This document shows, piece after piece, positions 48,213-60,949 of a stretch of DNA of 64,000 bases. Below the pieces are notes generated by a model. The model saw only the letters and a list, made by a program, of their open reading frames with translations. It was not told the origin of the DNA and made no database searches. The position numbers were made by a program, and so were the translations under genes. The first letter of the stretch is position 1. Each line of letters opens with the position of its first letter. The stretch is taken from assembly GCF_902713615.1 (NCBI RefSeq), contig NC_052162.1, positions 106,605,811 through 106,669,810 of the forward strand, written 5' to 3'. The DNA is from Scyliorhinus canicula. Its lineage: Eukaryota.

Positions 48213-48811
48213 ATACACATCCTCTTTCTACATCTCTTACAACTATACTAACCTTTTAAAACTTAATTCTAACACTAACACCATCTCTAACTTTTCTCTT
48301 TTATGTTTACTTACAGGTCTGAAGATCCTCCGACGTATGTGGGCCGGCCCACATGACCCAACCTGACCCGGCAGGACTCCCCCAGCGACCAGCCCTGGCC
48401 TCAACCTGGAAGTGGAAGAGGCCCGACATGGACGTCCGACCCCGTCCTTGTGTAGTAATCGACTTGGAGTACCCGACCCAGCCTAGGAAGCAACCCTGAC
48501 CCCCGCAGTGTCCGACCGTATCCCAGAACGCCTGACACAGCCCCCGACCACGAGTCCCGGTCCGACACGGAGAGACCCACCCAGAGCCCCGACATACCGG
48601 CAGATGAAGGTAAGGAGAAGCCAACTGAAGGCCCAACCAGACCTCCTCCAAGTCCCGATTCCAGAAACGCCCAACCAGACTACCAAAGTTTGAACCGAAC
48701 ATACGACCCCACCCAACCTGACCCAGGGAGACTCTGCCTGCGACCCAAACCCAGGCTAAACATCCACAAAATGGCAGCGACCCTACGCGAGAACCTGAAC
48801 ACCTAAATTCA

Positions 48812-51800
48812 AATCTTCTACACTTCCTGAGTCCATATCCCTCTATTCCGATCCTATTCATGTATTTGTCAAGATGCCCCTTAAATGTCGCCAACGTCCC
48901 TGCTTCCACCACCTCTTCCGGTAGCAAGTTCCAGGCACCCGCTACCCTCTGTGTAAAAAAACTTGCCTCGTACATTTCCTCTAAACCTTGCCCCTCGCAC
49001 CTTAAATCTATGCTCCTAGTAATTGACCCCTCTACCCTGGGCAAAAGCCTCTGACTACCAACTCTGTCTATGCCCCTCATAATTTTGTAGACCTCTATCA
49101 GGGCGCCCCTCAACCTCTGTCGTTCCAGTGAGAACAAACTGAGTTTATTTAACCGCTCCTCAAAGCTACTGCCCTCCATACCAGGCAACATCCTGGTAAA
49201 TCTCTTCTGCACCCTCTCTAAAGCCTCCTCATCCTTCTGGTAGTGTGGCGACCAGAATTGAACACGATACTCCAAGTGTGGCCTAACTAAGATTCTATAC
49301 AGCTGCAATGTGACGTGCCAATTCTTATACTCAATGCCCCGGCCAATGAAGGCAAGCATGCAGTATGCCTTCTTGACTACCTTCTCCCCCTGTGTTGTCC
49401 CTTTCAGTGACCTGTGGACCTGTACACCTAGATCTCTGACTGTCAATACTCTTGAGGGTTCTACCATTCACTGTATATTCCCTACCTGCATTAGACCTTC
49501 CAAAATGCATTACCTCACATTTGTCTGGATTAAACTCCATCTGCCATCTCTCCGCCCGTCTCCAAACAATCTAAATCCTGCTGTATCCTCTGACAGTGCT
49601 CATCGCTATCCGGAATTCCACCAACCTTTGTGTCATCTGCAAAGTTACTAATCAGACCAGTTACGGTTTTCTACAAATCATTTATATATACTACGAACAG
49701 CAAAGGGCCCAGCACTGATCCCTGCGGAACACCACTAGTCACAGCCTTCCAATCAGAAAAGCACCCTTCCATTGCTACTCTCTGCCTTCTATGACCTAGC
49801 CAGTTCTGTATCCATCTTGCCAGCTCACCCCTGATCCCGTGTGACTTCACCTTTTGTACCAGTCCGCCATGAGGGACCTTGTCAAAGGCCTTACTTGACG
49901 ATTTTGAGTTCTTTTTGTCCTCAGTCTGGTCTCAGTGAACTCTGAGTCAGATTTATAGGTATCAATTACCATTTATTTCAAACAGCTTGCAAGCTCCACT
50001 CACTCTGATAAAAAGGCAGGAGTCTACATGTCTCTTGAAACTTCCAGAGCGAGTGAGGACAAAGGGACAAAGCATCTCATTTCATATACATTCAGGTAGC
50101 ATCAAGTTTCACGTACACACGACCAAATAAGGCAACGGTGGCAAATGCAAAGCTCCCATAGGTTTCCCCGTATTCCTTAATCTGGCCTGAGGCCCCTTTT
50201 CCTAGTATCCACTGTAACAAAGAAATAGTCCTAGTGGCTGCCCATCCCCCCTCTTCATGCTTTGCGAAATCCCAGTTACAGGCAATTAGGCTGGTACCCA
50301 TTTTCTCCAGCCTAAGCTAGAGATGTTTGAAAGTCTGCTAACCTCACTCCTTATTCTACTGTAGTAAGATTTTACTCCTAACTTGGCCTAACTACACATC
50401 ATGCCTTTCTGTTCATTTCCTCATACTGAAGTCCATATAGACAACATCCACTGCCGTACCTGCATCAATCATCTTTGTGACCTCTTCGAAAAACTCTATC
50501 AAGTTAGTGAGACACGACCTCCCCTTCACAAAACCGTGCTGCCTCTCACTAATACGTCCATTTGCCTCCAAATGGGAGCAGATCCTGTCTCCTGTCTCAA
50601 AGTAATTTCCCTACCACTGACGAAAGGCTCACCAGCCTGTAGTTCCCTGGGTTATCCTTGCTACCCTTCTTAAACAAAGGAACAATGTTGGCTATTCTCC
50701 AGTTCTCCCGGACATCACCTGAAGACAGTGAGGATCCAAAGATTTCTGTCAAGGCCTCAGCAATTTCCTCTCTAGCCTCCTTCAGTATTCTGGGGTAGAT
50801 CCCATCAGGCCCTTGGGACTTATCTACCTTAATATTTTTCAAGATGCCCAACACCTCGTCTTTTTGGATCTCATGGATCTCAATGTGACCCAGGCTATCT
50901 ACACACCTTTCTCCAGACTGAACATCCACCAATTTCTTCTCTTTTGTGAATACTGATGCAAAGTATTCATTTAGTACCTCGCCCATTTCCTCTGGCTCCA
51001 CGCATAGATTCCCTTCCCTCCCTTCAGTGGGCCAACCCTTTCCCTGGCTACCCTCTTGCTTTTTATGTACATGTAAAAAGCCTTGGGATTTTCCTCAACC
51101 CTATTTGCCAATGAGTTTCGTGACCCCTTTTAGCCCTCCTGACTCCTTGCTTAAGTTCCTTCCTACTTCCCTTATATTCCACACATGCTTCGTCTGTTCC
51201 CAGTCTTCTAGCCCTGACAAATGCCTCCTTTTTCTTTTTGACGAGGCCTACAATATCTCTCATTATCCAAGGTTCCCGAAATTTGCCGTATTTATCCTTC
51301 TTCCGCACAGGAACATGCCGGTCCTGAATTCCTTTCAACTGACATTTGAAAGCATCCCCTATGTCAGATGTTGATTTACGCTCAAACATCCGCCCCCAAT
51401 CTAGGTTCTTCAGTTCCCACCTAATATTGTTATAATTAGCTTTCCCCCAATTTAGCACATTCACCCTAGGACCACTCTTATCCTTGTCTACCAGCACTTT
51501 AAAACTTACTGAATTGTGGTCACTGTTCGCGAAATGCTCCCCTACTGAAACTTCTACCACCTGGCCGGGCTCATTCCCCAATACCAGGTCCAGTACAGCC
51601 CCTTCCCTAGTTGGACTATCTCCATATTGTTTTAAGAAGGCCTCCTGGATGCTCCTTACAAACTCTGCCCCATCCAAGCCCCCAGCACTAAGTGATTCCC
51701 AGTCAATATTGGGAAAGTTGAAGTCCATCATCACAACCCTGTTGCTTTCACTCTTTTCCAAAATCTGTCTACCTATCTGCTCTTCTATCTCCCTCTGGCT

Positions 51801-52085
51801 GTTGGGAGGCCTGTAGTAAACCCCCAACATTGTGACTGTACCTTTCATATTCCTGATCTCTACGCATAGCCTCGCTGCCCTCTGAAGTGTCCTCCCGTAG
51901 TACAGCTGTGGTATTCTCCCTAATCAGTCGCGCAACTCCGCCACCTCTTTTACACCCCCCTCTATCCCACCTGAAACATCTAAATCCTGGAACGTTTAGC
52001 TGCCAATCCTGTCCTTCCCTCAACCTGGTCTCTGTAATGGCAACAACATCATAGTTTCAAGTACTTATCCAAGCTCTAAGTTCAA
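48812..52085 (-). mobile_element. CR1-clade LINE (APE endonuclease plus RT), same subfamily as 8612-11130
   Basis: ORF 51063-51848 GVYYRPPN, DFNFPNIDW, LDLVL, SDHN; RT C-terminus in 48812-49467. Confidence 0.92.
49896..50423 (-). mobile_element. Solo LTR (ERV/Gypsy-like) inserted in CR1
   Basis: TG...CA ends; exact 4-bp TSD TACT splitting the CR1 sequence ccttactgaagtcc; AATAAA on the minus strand. Confidence 0.85.
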
Positions 52086-53420
52086 CTGGTGGGTGTGTTC
52101 GTGGACATCTTGAACCTATCCCTACTCCGTTCCAAGATTCCCACCTATTTCAAGACCACCATTATACCGATGCGAAAGAACCAGGCAATGTGCCACAATG
52201 ACGACTGTCCTGTGGCTTTGACATCCATCATTATGAAGTGCTTCGAGAGATTAGTCATGAGACACATCAACTCAACACTCCCAGAATGCCTTGATCCACT
52301 GCAATTCGCATACCGTCACAACCGATCCACAATAGACGGTTTCTCTCTGGCCCTACATTCATCCCTGGAGCATCTCGACACAAGGACTCCGATGTCAGAC
52401 TCCTATTCATTGACTACAGCTCTGCCTTCAACATCATAATCCCTCTCCAGCTCATATCAAAACTCTAAACTCTGGGACTTGGCCCCTTCCTCTGCAACTG
52501 GATCCTCGACTTCCTGATCCACAGACAACAATCAGTAAGAATAAACAACAAGCCCTCCTCCATTATAGTCCTCAATACTGGGGCTCCGCAAGGCTGCATA
52601 CTTAGTCCCCTACTATACTCCCTGTACACACATGACTGTGTGGCAAAATCCGACCCCAACTCTATCTGACATTTTGCTGATGACAACCGTAGTGCGTCAG
52701 GACTCGAACAACGATGAGTCAGAGTACAGGAGGGAGATAGAGAACCTAGAGGTCTGGTGTAACAACAACAATATCTCCCTCAACGTCAGCAAAACTAAGG
52801 AGTTGGTCATTGACTTCACTAAGCAAAATATTGTACATACCACTGTCAGCATCAAAGGTGCCGAGATGGAGATGGTTGACAGCTTCAAATATGTAGGTGT
52901 GCACATCACCAACAATCTGTCCTGGTCCACCTGTGTTGATGCTACAACTAAGAAAGCACAACAATGTCTATACATCCTCAGGAAACTAAGGAAATTCGGC
53001 ATGTCCACATTGACTGTTACCAATTTTTACAGATGCACCATAGAAAGCTGGCTGCATCACAGCCTGGTATGGCAACTACTCGGTCCAAGACCGTAAGAAA
53101 CTACAGAGCGTCATGAACACAACCCAGTCCGTCACACAAACCTGCCTCCCATCCATTGACTCTGAGTATACCTCCCGCTCCCTTGGGAAAGCGGGCGGCA
53201 TAATCAAAGATCCCTAACATCCAGATTATTCTCTTTTCGATCAGGCAGGAGATACAAAAGTCGGAGAACACGCACTAACAGTTTCAAATAAAGCTTCTTT
53301 CCCACTGTTACCAGACTCCTGAATGGCCCTCTTATGGATGAACAGATATCTCCATGCATCTTCTCCATTGAATAGTAGTACACTGCGCATGCTTCACCCT
53401 ATGTCTATGTATTTACATTG
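52086..53420 (+). mobile_element. Rex1/Babar LINE (RT fragment and 3' end)
   Basis: PVALTSIIMKCFERLV, LDPLQFAYRHNRST, LNVSKTKELVIDF. Confidence 0.9.
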
Positions 53421-53437
53421 TGCACTGATATACCATT

Positions 53438-53560
53438 AACATGTTCACACTGATGAGAGACTGTTCAGGTACTCTCTCTGCGTGACTGGGTTCATACGAT
53501 CATCGCCACTCTCTGAACGCCAGCTAACTCACACTGGTGAGGAGCTGTTCACCTGCTCCT
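53438..53560 (+). pseudogene. Small degenerate ZNF fragment
   Basis: [23 protein letters not shown]. Confidence 0.65.
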
Positions 53561-54385
53561 TGAATCTTGAGCTCATGCAAAACTCTGCTGCCCTTGTGTT
53601 TACTCACACCAAGTCTTGTTCACCCATCACCCCTGTGCTCACTGACCTACAAAGACTTCAATTTGGAGTCTCATCCCTGTTTCCCCCAATGTTTTGGCCA
53701 ATGTTGTCCCTATCTCTGTAATGTCCTCCAGGCACACAGCCTCCGAGATCTCTACGCTCATCTAATTCCGACCTCTTGAACATTCCTGATTTTAATTGCT
53801 CCACCATTGGGCAGCATGGTAGTATAGTGGTTAGCACAGTTGCTTCACAGCTCCAGGGTCCCAGGTTGGATTCCCGGCACTGTCTGTGCGGAGTCGGCAT
53901 GTTCTCCCCGTGTCTGCGTGGGTTTCCTCTGGGTGCTCCGGTTTCCTCCCACAGTCCAAAGATGTGCAGGGTTAGGTGGAATGGCCATGCTAAATTGCCC
54001 TTAGGTTAGGTGGGGTTACTGGGTTACGGGGATAGGGTGGAGGTGTGAGCATAAGTGGGATGCTCTTTCCAAGAGCCAATGCAGACTCGATGGGCCGAAT
54101 GGCCTCCTTCTGCACTGTACATTCTATGAAATTCTATGATCAGTGGTGATTGCTTGTTCATTTGCCTGGGCAACAAACTCTGGACGTTCCTCTTTAAACC
54201 TTTCCACCTCACTTTCCTCCTTTGATTCTCCTTAAAACCTCCCTCTTTGACCAAGCTTTTGGTCACCAGCCCTAACATCTCGTTATATGGCTCAGCGTGA
54301 AATTTTATTTTGTAACATTTCTGTGAAATGACTTGGAAAGTTTTAATATGTTAAAGGTGCAATATAAATACAAAGCATTGTCATG
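53560..54385 (+). mobile_element. L2-like 3' end with nested HE1 SINE (53808-54140)
   Basis: [21 protein letters not shown] is L2-like; inverted homolog at 60950-62830. Confidence 0.7.
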
Positions 54386-54391
54386 AATTTA

Positions 54392-54748
54392 CGGGCAGCA
54401 CGGTAGCATTGTGGATAGCACAATCGCTTCACAGCTCCAGGGTCCCAGGTTCGATTCCGGCTTGGGTCACTGTCTGTGCGGAGTCTGCACATCCTCCCCG
54501 TGTGTGCGTGGGTTTCCTCCGGGTGCTCCGGTTTCCTCCCACAGTCCAAAGATGTGCAGGTTAGGTGGATTGGCCATGATAAATTGCCCTTAGTGATCAA
54601 AATTGCCCTTAGTGTTGGGTGGGGTTACTGGGTAATGGGGATAGTGTGGAGGTGTTAACTTTGGGTAGGGTGCTCTTTCCAAGAGCTGGTGCAGACTCGA
54701 TGGGCCGAATGGCCTCCTTCTGCACTGTAAATTCTATGAAATCTATGA
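54392..54748 (+). mobile_element. HE1-like V-SINE, full length, young
   Basis: Near-identical to 22856-23180 and 38935-39285. Confidence 0.9.
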
Positions 54749-54749
54749 A

Positions 54750-54849
54750 ACAAAAGGGAAAATGCTGGAAAATCTCAGCAAGTCTGGCAGCATCTGTAGG
54801 GAGAGAAAAGAGCTAACGTTTCGAGTCCGATGACTCTTTGTCAAAGCTG
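54750..54849 (-). mobile_element. Penelope-like terminal fragment (second family) with variant hammerhead-like fold
   Basis: Minus strand AGCT TTGACAA A GAGTC ATCG GACTC GAA ACGT T AGCT; TSD TGTCATGAA. Confidence 0.65.
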
Positions 54850-55249
54850 TCATGAACTTGGACACACATGATTGTTCTGTCTCATCAACAAGACATTGTA
54901 ACTCAAAGTGCGAAGCAGTTTGATGACAAGTAGTTTGCTTTCTATCATGGAAATATTGAAGGAAACTGCCACAATAAACATAGCTGCTGCAAATGCGCCC
55001 TTCTGTATTCCCCCCCCCCCACCTCCCCACCAAAGATGGCCACCATGCCATTGCCGTCCACTATCTTCTATCTGCAAAAGTGATGGCTAGTGACCTGGGT
55101 CAGTAACTTGAAAAAAGAAGTGTCAGCATTCGGTGAAAAGGGGCGTGATAAGTTATTTTTCTATGTTTGAGATTTGCACTTTTATGAAGCCTTTCTGCCC
55201 ACCCACTGGAACCATTGCGGCTTCCATTTGCTACGCTTACAGATTGTAG

Positions 55250-55487
55250 ATTCCCGGCTCTGGTCACTGTCTGTTCGGAGTCTGCACGTTCTCCTCGCGT
55301 CTGCGTGGGTTTCCTCCGGGTGATCCGGTTTCCTCCACAAGTCCCGAAAGGCGTGGTTGTTAGGTCAATTGGACATTCTTAATTCTCCCTCTGTGTACCC
55401 GAACAGGCTTCATTGTATTGTTAAGTAACTTCATTGTAATGTTAATGTAAGCCTACTCGTGACAATAATAAAGATCATTATTATTAT
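55250..55487 (+). mobile_element. Composite SINE (V-domain plus gtgacaataa tail)
   Basis: Same type as 12095-12401. Confidence 0.75.
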
Positions 55488-55499
55488 AAATAAAGAAAC

Positions 55500-55660
55500 G
55501 CTGCTCAATCACCATTACTCGCACTTCGCATGCTCTACGCCCAGCAGGGCACCACCCCTCAATCATTGCGATTGGTTGGAGGACCAGCAGCTCCAATCAT
55601 GCCCTCTTTCTGTTGCCCAGAGCTGCCGTCAATCAGAAGGGCATTTTGTGGCATCAGGTC
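55500..55660. promoter_or_regulatory. ZNF-type promoter module
   Basis: CGCATGC, GATTGGTTGGAGGACCAGC and AGCTGCCGTCAATCA shared with 29090-29240. Confidence 0.55.
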
Positions 55661-55762
55661 AGTGTCAGGGGGGCGGGTTTCCAGAGCCCATGTGAAACAA
55701 TGAACATTGTCCAACTCGGTCTGTGTTAGGGTTCTGACTGAGCTGTATTCAATCAGCAAGTA

Positions 55763-55834
55763 ATTCATAGCTTGAGATGAATCCCATTCTGTGGCGGTGA
55801 GAGTGCTGAATCCTGAGCAATAGACCACCAGGGA
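55763..55834 (-). pseudogene. tRNA-Glu(CTC) pseudogene
   Basis: Reverse strand TCCCTGGTGGTCTATTGCTCAGGATTCAGCACTCTCACCGCC; T-arm degenerate. Confidence 0.75.
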
Positions 55835-55866
55835 AGCTGCTTGTGTATCTTTTAACCTGGTTTATG

Positions 55867-56077
55867 GACGGCACGGTGGCACACTGGTTAGCACTGCTGC
55901 CTCATGATATCAAGGACCCAGGTTTGATCCAGGCCTCAGGTCACTGTCCGTGTGGAGTTTGCATCTTCTCCCCGTGTCTGCATTGGTCTCACCCCCACAA
56001 CCCAAAGATGTGCAGGGTAGGTGGATGGGTCATGCTAAATTGCAGAAAAAAAATAATTGGGCACACTAAATTTATTT
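55867..56077 (+). mobile_element. Short V-SINE variant
   Basis: Head plus V-domain. Confidence 0.8.
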
Positions 56078-56409
56078 CAAAAATCCTGGCTTATCAATGA
56101 GACCTTTGACTTCTACTTCATTTCAAATTTTCTTTTCACGGGACACAAGTTTCTCCAACAAAATGATAGGTTGCCATGCAACGCAAGCGACATCTTCAGC
56201 CATTGACAACACCAATTGCTGTTACCTGGAGCATGCGATTGACAGTGTGGTGAAATAATCCCACAAGCTGCACATGTGTAACTTTCAATTTCCAAAACCC
56301 ACCAACCTAATCACTGCGGCTCCTGCGAAACTTGCACGACAACACATGGTAAATGTTCATCATTGAAAGCAAGTGACACTCATTAAATTCTAAACACTTC
56401 TTTGTTTTT

Positions 56410-56970
56410 TAAAGAAAATATATTAATTATCCTTTTTCACATTTTCTCCCAAATTTACACCCACCAACAATAAGCAATAATCAGTAATGAATGCAATGTC
56501 AATCCCCATATCAATAACAACAATCCCATCCTCCCACCAAACAGCAGCCCTCATGTTACCATAAACAAATAACAAAAAGGAATCAGGAATCACCCATAGT
56601 CACCTTTAACACATAGTGTCCCTCTCCCCCCAACCCCCCAAAACCTCCCGGGGCTGGTTTAGCTCACTCAGCTAAATCGCTGGCTTTTAAAGCAGACCAA
56701 GCAGGCCAGCAGCACGGTTCGATTCCCGTACCAGCCTCCCCGGACAGGCGCCGGAATGTGGCGACTAGGGGCTTTTCACAGTAACTTCATTGAAGCCTAC
56801 TCGTGACAATAAGCAATTTTCATTTCATTTCATTTCAACCTCCCCCCTAATGTTCGAGTAATCCAATTCTCGAAAGTGCATAATAAAAAACACCCATGAT
56901 TTGTAGAACCCCTCCATCCTTCCCCTCAGTTAAAATTTGGCCATCTCAAGAGTCAAGAATTCCAGCAGGT
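56410..56970 (-). mobile_element. L1-like 3' tail with nested short SINE (56649-56836, +)
   Basis: L1-type GT-rich 3' UTR; SINE near-identical to 20147-20329. Confidence 0.6.
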
Positions 56971-57429
56971 AAAACACTTCTTTGTTTTATCTGCTGTAAA
57001 GTGTAGCAGCTATCGGATTCACCTGACAGGTGCAAAGTCACCTCTCAGAAACTGGACAGAAACATTAAAATTTGATGATCTCTGAATGTGAAGGAAAATT
57101 GCCTCATTCCTGTTTGTTGTTAAATATTAAGGGAATACATTATCTCACAGCCATGTGACATTTATACTCCCCCCCCCCCCCCCCCCCAAGTTTTGAAGCT
57201 ATTCTGCAAAATGCAGATTATGGAGAAAGTGACAAAGATTGGAACAAATGTCATTTTATGAATCTAATGTTCTATCAATTTCTCTGCTGCATGGCTGAGG
57301 ACGTGAGCCAAATTGTCCTTCCACAAAACAAGGCTGTGAAGTGCAATGAGACTGGATGGTTTGATATTCTGGGTTGGCTGCTTTGCTTATGAGCCACGTT
57401 TCCTGGCTTTCAGGTTCATTTTATATGTG

Positions 57430-58030
57430 AAAGTCTCACTCGGCAGTTAGGAAGGCAAATGCAATGTTAGCATTCATGTCGAGAGGGCTAGAATACAAGA
57501 GCAGGAATGTACTTCTGAGGCTATATAAGGCTCTGGTCAGATCCCATTTGGAGTATTGGAAGCAGTTTTGTTTCCCGTATCTAGGAAGGATGTGTTGCCC
57601 TTGGAAAGGATCCAGAGGATGTTCACAAGAATGATCCCTGGGATTAAGAGCTTGTCATATGAGGAGCAGGTGAGGACTCTGGTCGGTATTCAGAGTTTAG
57701 ATGGATGAGGGAGGGTCTTATTGAAATTTACAGGATACTGTGAGGCCTGGATAGAGCGAACATGGACCGAAGAGATGGTCCTTTAAAACTGTGATGAAGA
57801 AGAATTTCTTCAGCGAGAGCATAGTGAACCTGTGGAACTCTTTGCTGCAGAGGGCTGTGGAGGACAAATCACTGAGTGTCTCTAAGACAGAGATAGGTAG
57901 GTTCTTGGTTAATCAGGGGTTATGGGGAAAAGGCCGGAGAATGCAGATGAGAAACATATCAGCCAGATTGAATGGCAGAGCAGACTCTATGGGCTGAATA
58001 GCTTATTTCTCCTCCCTATGTCTTATGGTA
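57430..58030 (+). mobile_element. CR1 3' fragment
   Basis: KANAMLAF..LYKALVRSHLEY; FFSESIVNLWNSL. Confidence 0.85.
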
Positions 58031-58359
58031 TTATGGTTCAAAAGGAGGTAGAAATATTATCAAAAATCACTGTTCTAATATTCCTCCAACTCACTCTTAT
58101 TGTTGAATGTGATAACAATCGAAATATTGAATGTTTTCATTTTACCATTTCTTTAAAAATATAATCAGCAAAATCCCAAGTGCATTCTGCTGGCAATGGG
58201 TGTTTGGATCGTGTGGGACTGGAATATCGTTGCTTTTCCCTGTCTCACTCACTATGGAGCTGGAGAACAGAGAATAATGGCTGTTTTGTTTGAAAGTAAT
58301 AATTTCATCGATGTCTAATGTGTTAGGTACATTCATTCATACATTCATTCATACAAACA

Positions 58360-59215
58360 TCCATAGAAAATAAAAACAGGTCCTTCGAGCCTGCTGTACA
58401 ATTCATTATGGTCATCACTGGTCATCAAATTCAATACCCTGATCTCGCCTTCCCCCCATATGTCTTGATCCCTTTATCCTCAAGAGCTATATCTAATTTG
58501 TTCTTGAAATCACACAACATTTGTCCTCACTACTTCTATGGTAGTGAATTCCACTGATTCACCATTCCCTGGGGGCAGAAATGTCTCCTCATCTCAGTCC
58601 TGAAAGGTTTGCCCCTTTTCCTCAAACTATGACCCCTAGTTCTGGACTCGGATCTCTGCCCCCGCCCAATCAGGAACATTCTTTGTGAATCTACTCTGTC
58701 TCATCCTGTTAGAATTTTATAGGTTTTATGAGAACCCCTCTCATTCTTCTATATTCCAGTCAATATAATCTTAACTGACTTTGTCTCTCCTGACAGTCCT
58801 GCCATCTCAGGAGTCAGCCTGGTAAACCTTTGCAGCACTCCCTCCATAGCAAGAACATCCTTCCTCAGATAAGCACACCAAAACTGCACACAATACTCCA
58901 GGTGTGACCTCACCGACGCCCTAAATAATTGCAATAAAATATACTCGAATCCTGTCACTCTGAAGGCCAACATACAATTTGTCTTCTTTACTGCCTGCAG
59001 TACCTGTGCGCTTACTTTCAGCGACTGATTCACGAGGACACCAAGGTCTTACTGAATACCCAACGCTCTCAATTTACAGCCATTCAAATAATCTGCCTTT
59101 TTTTGCTACCAAAGTGAATAACCTCACATTTATCCACAATAGACTGTATCTGCCATGCATATGAACACTCACTCAGCCTGTCCAAATCACTCTGAAGCAT
59201 CTCTGCATCCTTTTC
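58360..59215 (-). mobile_element. CR1 3' fragment
   Basis: VRSHLEYCVQFW..EGVLQRFTRL. Confidence 0.85.
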
Positions 59216-59382
59216 ACATTAAATCTAACAGCATAATTGTAATAAATATATATGATTATACATATTAAATTTATACTAATTAACTAATTAACATTTGAGA
59301 AATAGTCTTTATTGTCCAAGGAAACTTTCACATCCAGCATGTCTGAAAAATTAGTGCTGATGGGCCGAAGATGATGAAGGAT

Positions 59383-59457
59383 CTGCCCCGGATGGTATTG
59401 AACTATGAACACATTTAGTTAATAGCCAAGCACACTGACCAATTGTGCTGCTGAGAC
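59383..59457 (-). pseudogene. tRNA-Asn pseudogene
   Basis: Reverse strand gtctcagcagcacaattggtcagtgtgcttggctattaactaaat..agttcaatacc colinear with tRNA-Asn; anticodon mutated GTT>ATT. Confidence 0.65.
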
Positions 59458-60019
59458 TGAAACTCAAAGAGTTCACAAGGCATCCTGTACCAGGGCGTGA
59501 ATGCGTTAAAGCTTCCAGAATGACATTTGTTCTCGATCAGTTGTACTCTTCCAAAGTAAAGGCTCATATATTCATTGTGGATACATGGGCACAGCCTGAT
59601 CCCACCTAGTATGACACATCCATGTCACCGAGAACATATGTTCTGCAACTGGTGCCATCTCCCTTTCAGCCTTTCAGTGTCATGTCTGATTGTCCCGAAG
59701 CTGATATTAGGTTTAAATTCCTGATGTGTTGCAACAAGAATGTTTTCAAATTCTCAGATCAGTTAATTTCACTGATAACTTCAGAATCAATGTTCCAGCA
59801 TCCTGAAGAAGGGAAAGTTGCCTTGACTGTCTCTGCTCAGTCTGACAATTGACCATTCCTTCTCCTCTGATTCCGATTCCCAACAAATTTCTAAAAATGA
59901 CCAAGCTGGAGACTGGGTTTTCTAGTTTGGTTTCTTCTCCAATTTTGCACCTGACAATATTTTCCCAAATCTCCTCTCAATCCTCTTTGTGTAATAATAA
60001 AATAAATTTGGCAGACCAA

Positions 60020-60940
60020 ACCCCCCGCAACTGCCTCCTCGCTTCACTGAGCGGGAGTGGCTGGTCCTCCAACCAATCCAGGTGAATGAGGGACGAACTG
60101 GGAGTGGTGCATGCGCAGTGTAAGTAATGGAAATATCGGGAGACGCTTCATTTAGTTGGATCCAGAATCAGTAAATAGAAAAATTGGAGGTGGGGGGGGG
60201 GGGGGGGGGGAGGAGGTGGGCAAAGCAATGATGAATTCAGTCAGTGAGCGGAGAGGCTTTGTAAACATGTTGTGTTAACCTCAAACCCTGAAAAATAACT
60301 TTCCAGTCCACATTTTTCAATGAGTGTGGCTGCAGGTTTTCCCAGTTCCAGATGGACTGCAGTGACTCACCAATGTTCCTCAGACAGCACCTTCCAGACC
60401 CAGGACCTCTACCATCTAGAAGGACAAGAGCAGCAGCTATCTGGCAGCCCCACCACTTGGAGGTTCTCCTCCAAGTCACTCACCACTCTAACTTGGAAAC
60501 ATATCGCCATTTCTTTGCTGTTGTTGAGTCAAAATCCTGGGACGCCCCCCCCCAAACAGCATAGTGGGTGTACCTACACCTCAAGGACTACTGCGGTTCA
60601 ACAAGGCAACTCATCACCACCTTCTGAAGGGCAACTAGGGATGGGCAAGAAATGCTGCTGGCCGAACCAGCGGCGCCCACATCCCATAAACGAATTTCAA
60701 AAAAAGACCCGAGTTAACGGTCGCCATGTTTCTAGCGGACAATGTGTCGTGGGGCGTCCACACGTTCGTCATACTTGTGCGAGGCAATGCGCAGGACAGC
60801 GCATTCACAGCACACATGCTTATTGGGGGCAGTGTTCTTCAATCTTTTCAATGACAAGAAAAGAACAACTTGTCCATCAAGCGGCTTCACACTTCGAGTT
60901 ACAATGTCTTACTGATGAGGCAGGACAATGATATATGTTC
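60020..60940 (+). promoter_or_regulatory. Inverted ZNF-type promoter/first-exon module (interrupted by a LINE tail ~60340-60700)
   Basis: GGTCCTCCAACCAATC, TGCATGCGCA; CCCGAGTTAACGGTCGCCATGTTTC is the reverse complement homolog of 46750-46775. Confidence 0.6.
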
Positions 60941-60949
60941 AGGTCAGCG

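Noticed and set aside
48307-49467. 386-aa ORF
   Set aside because: CR1 RT C-terminus reading through into GC-rich non-coding sequence; no real start codon or promoter
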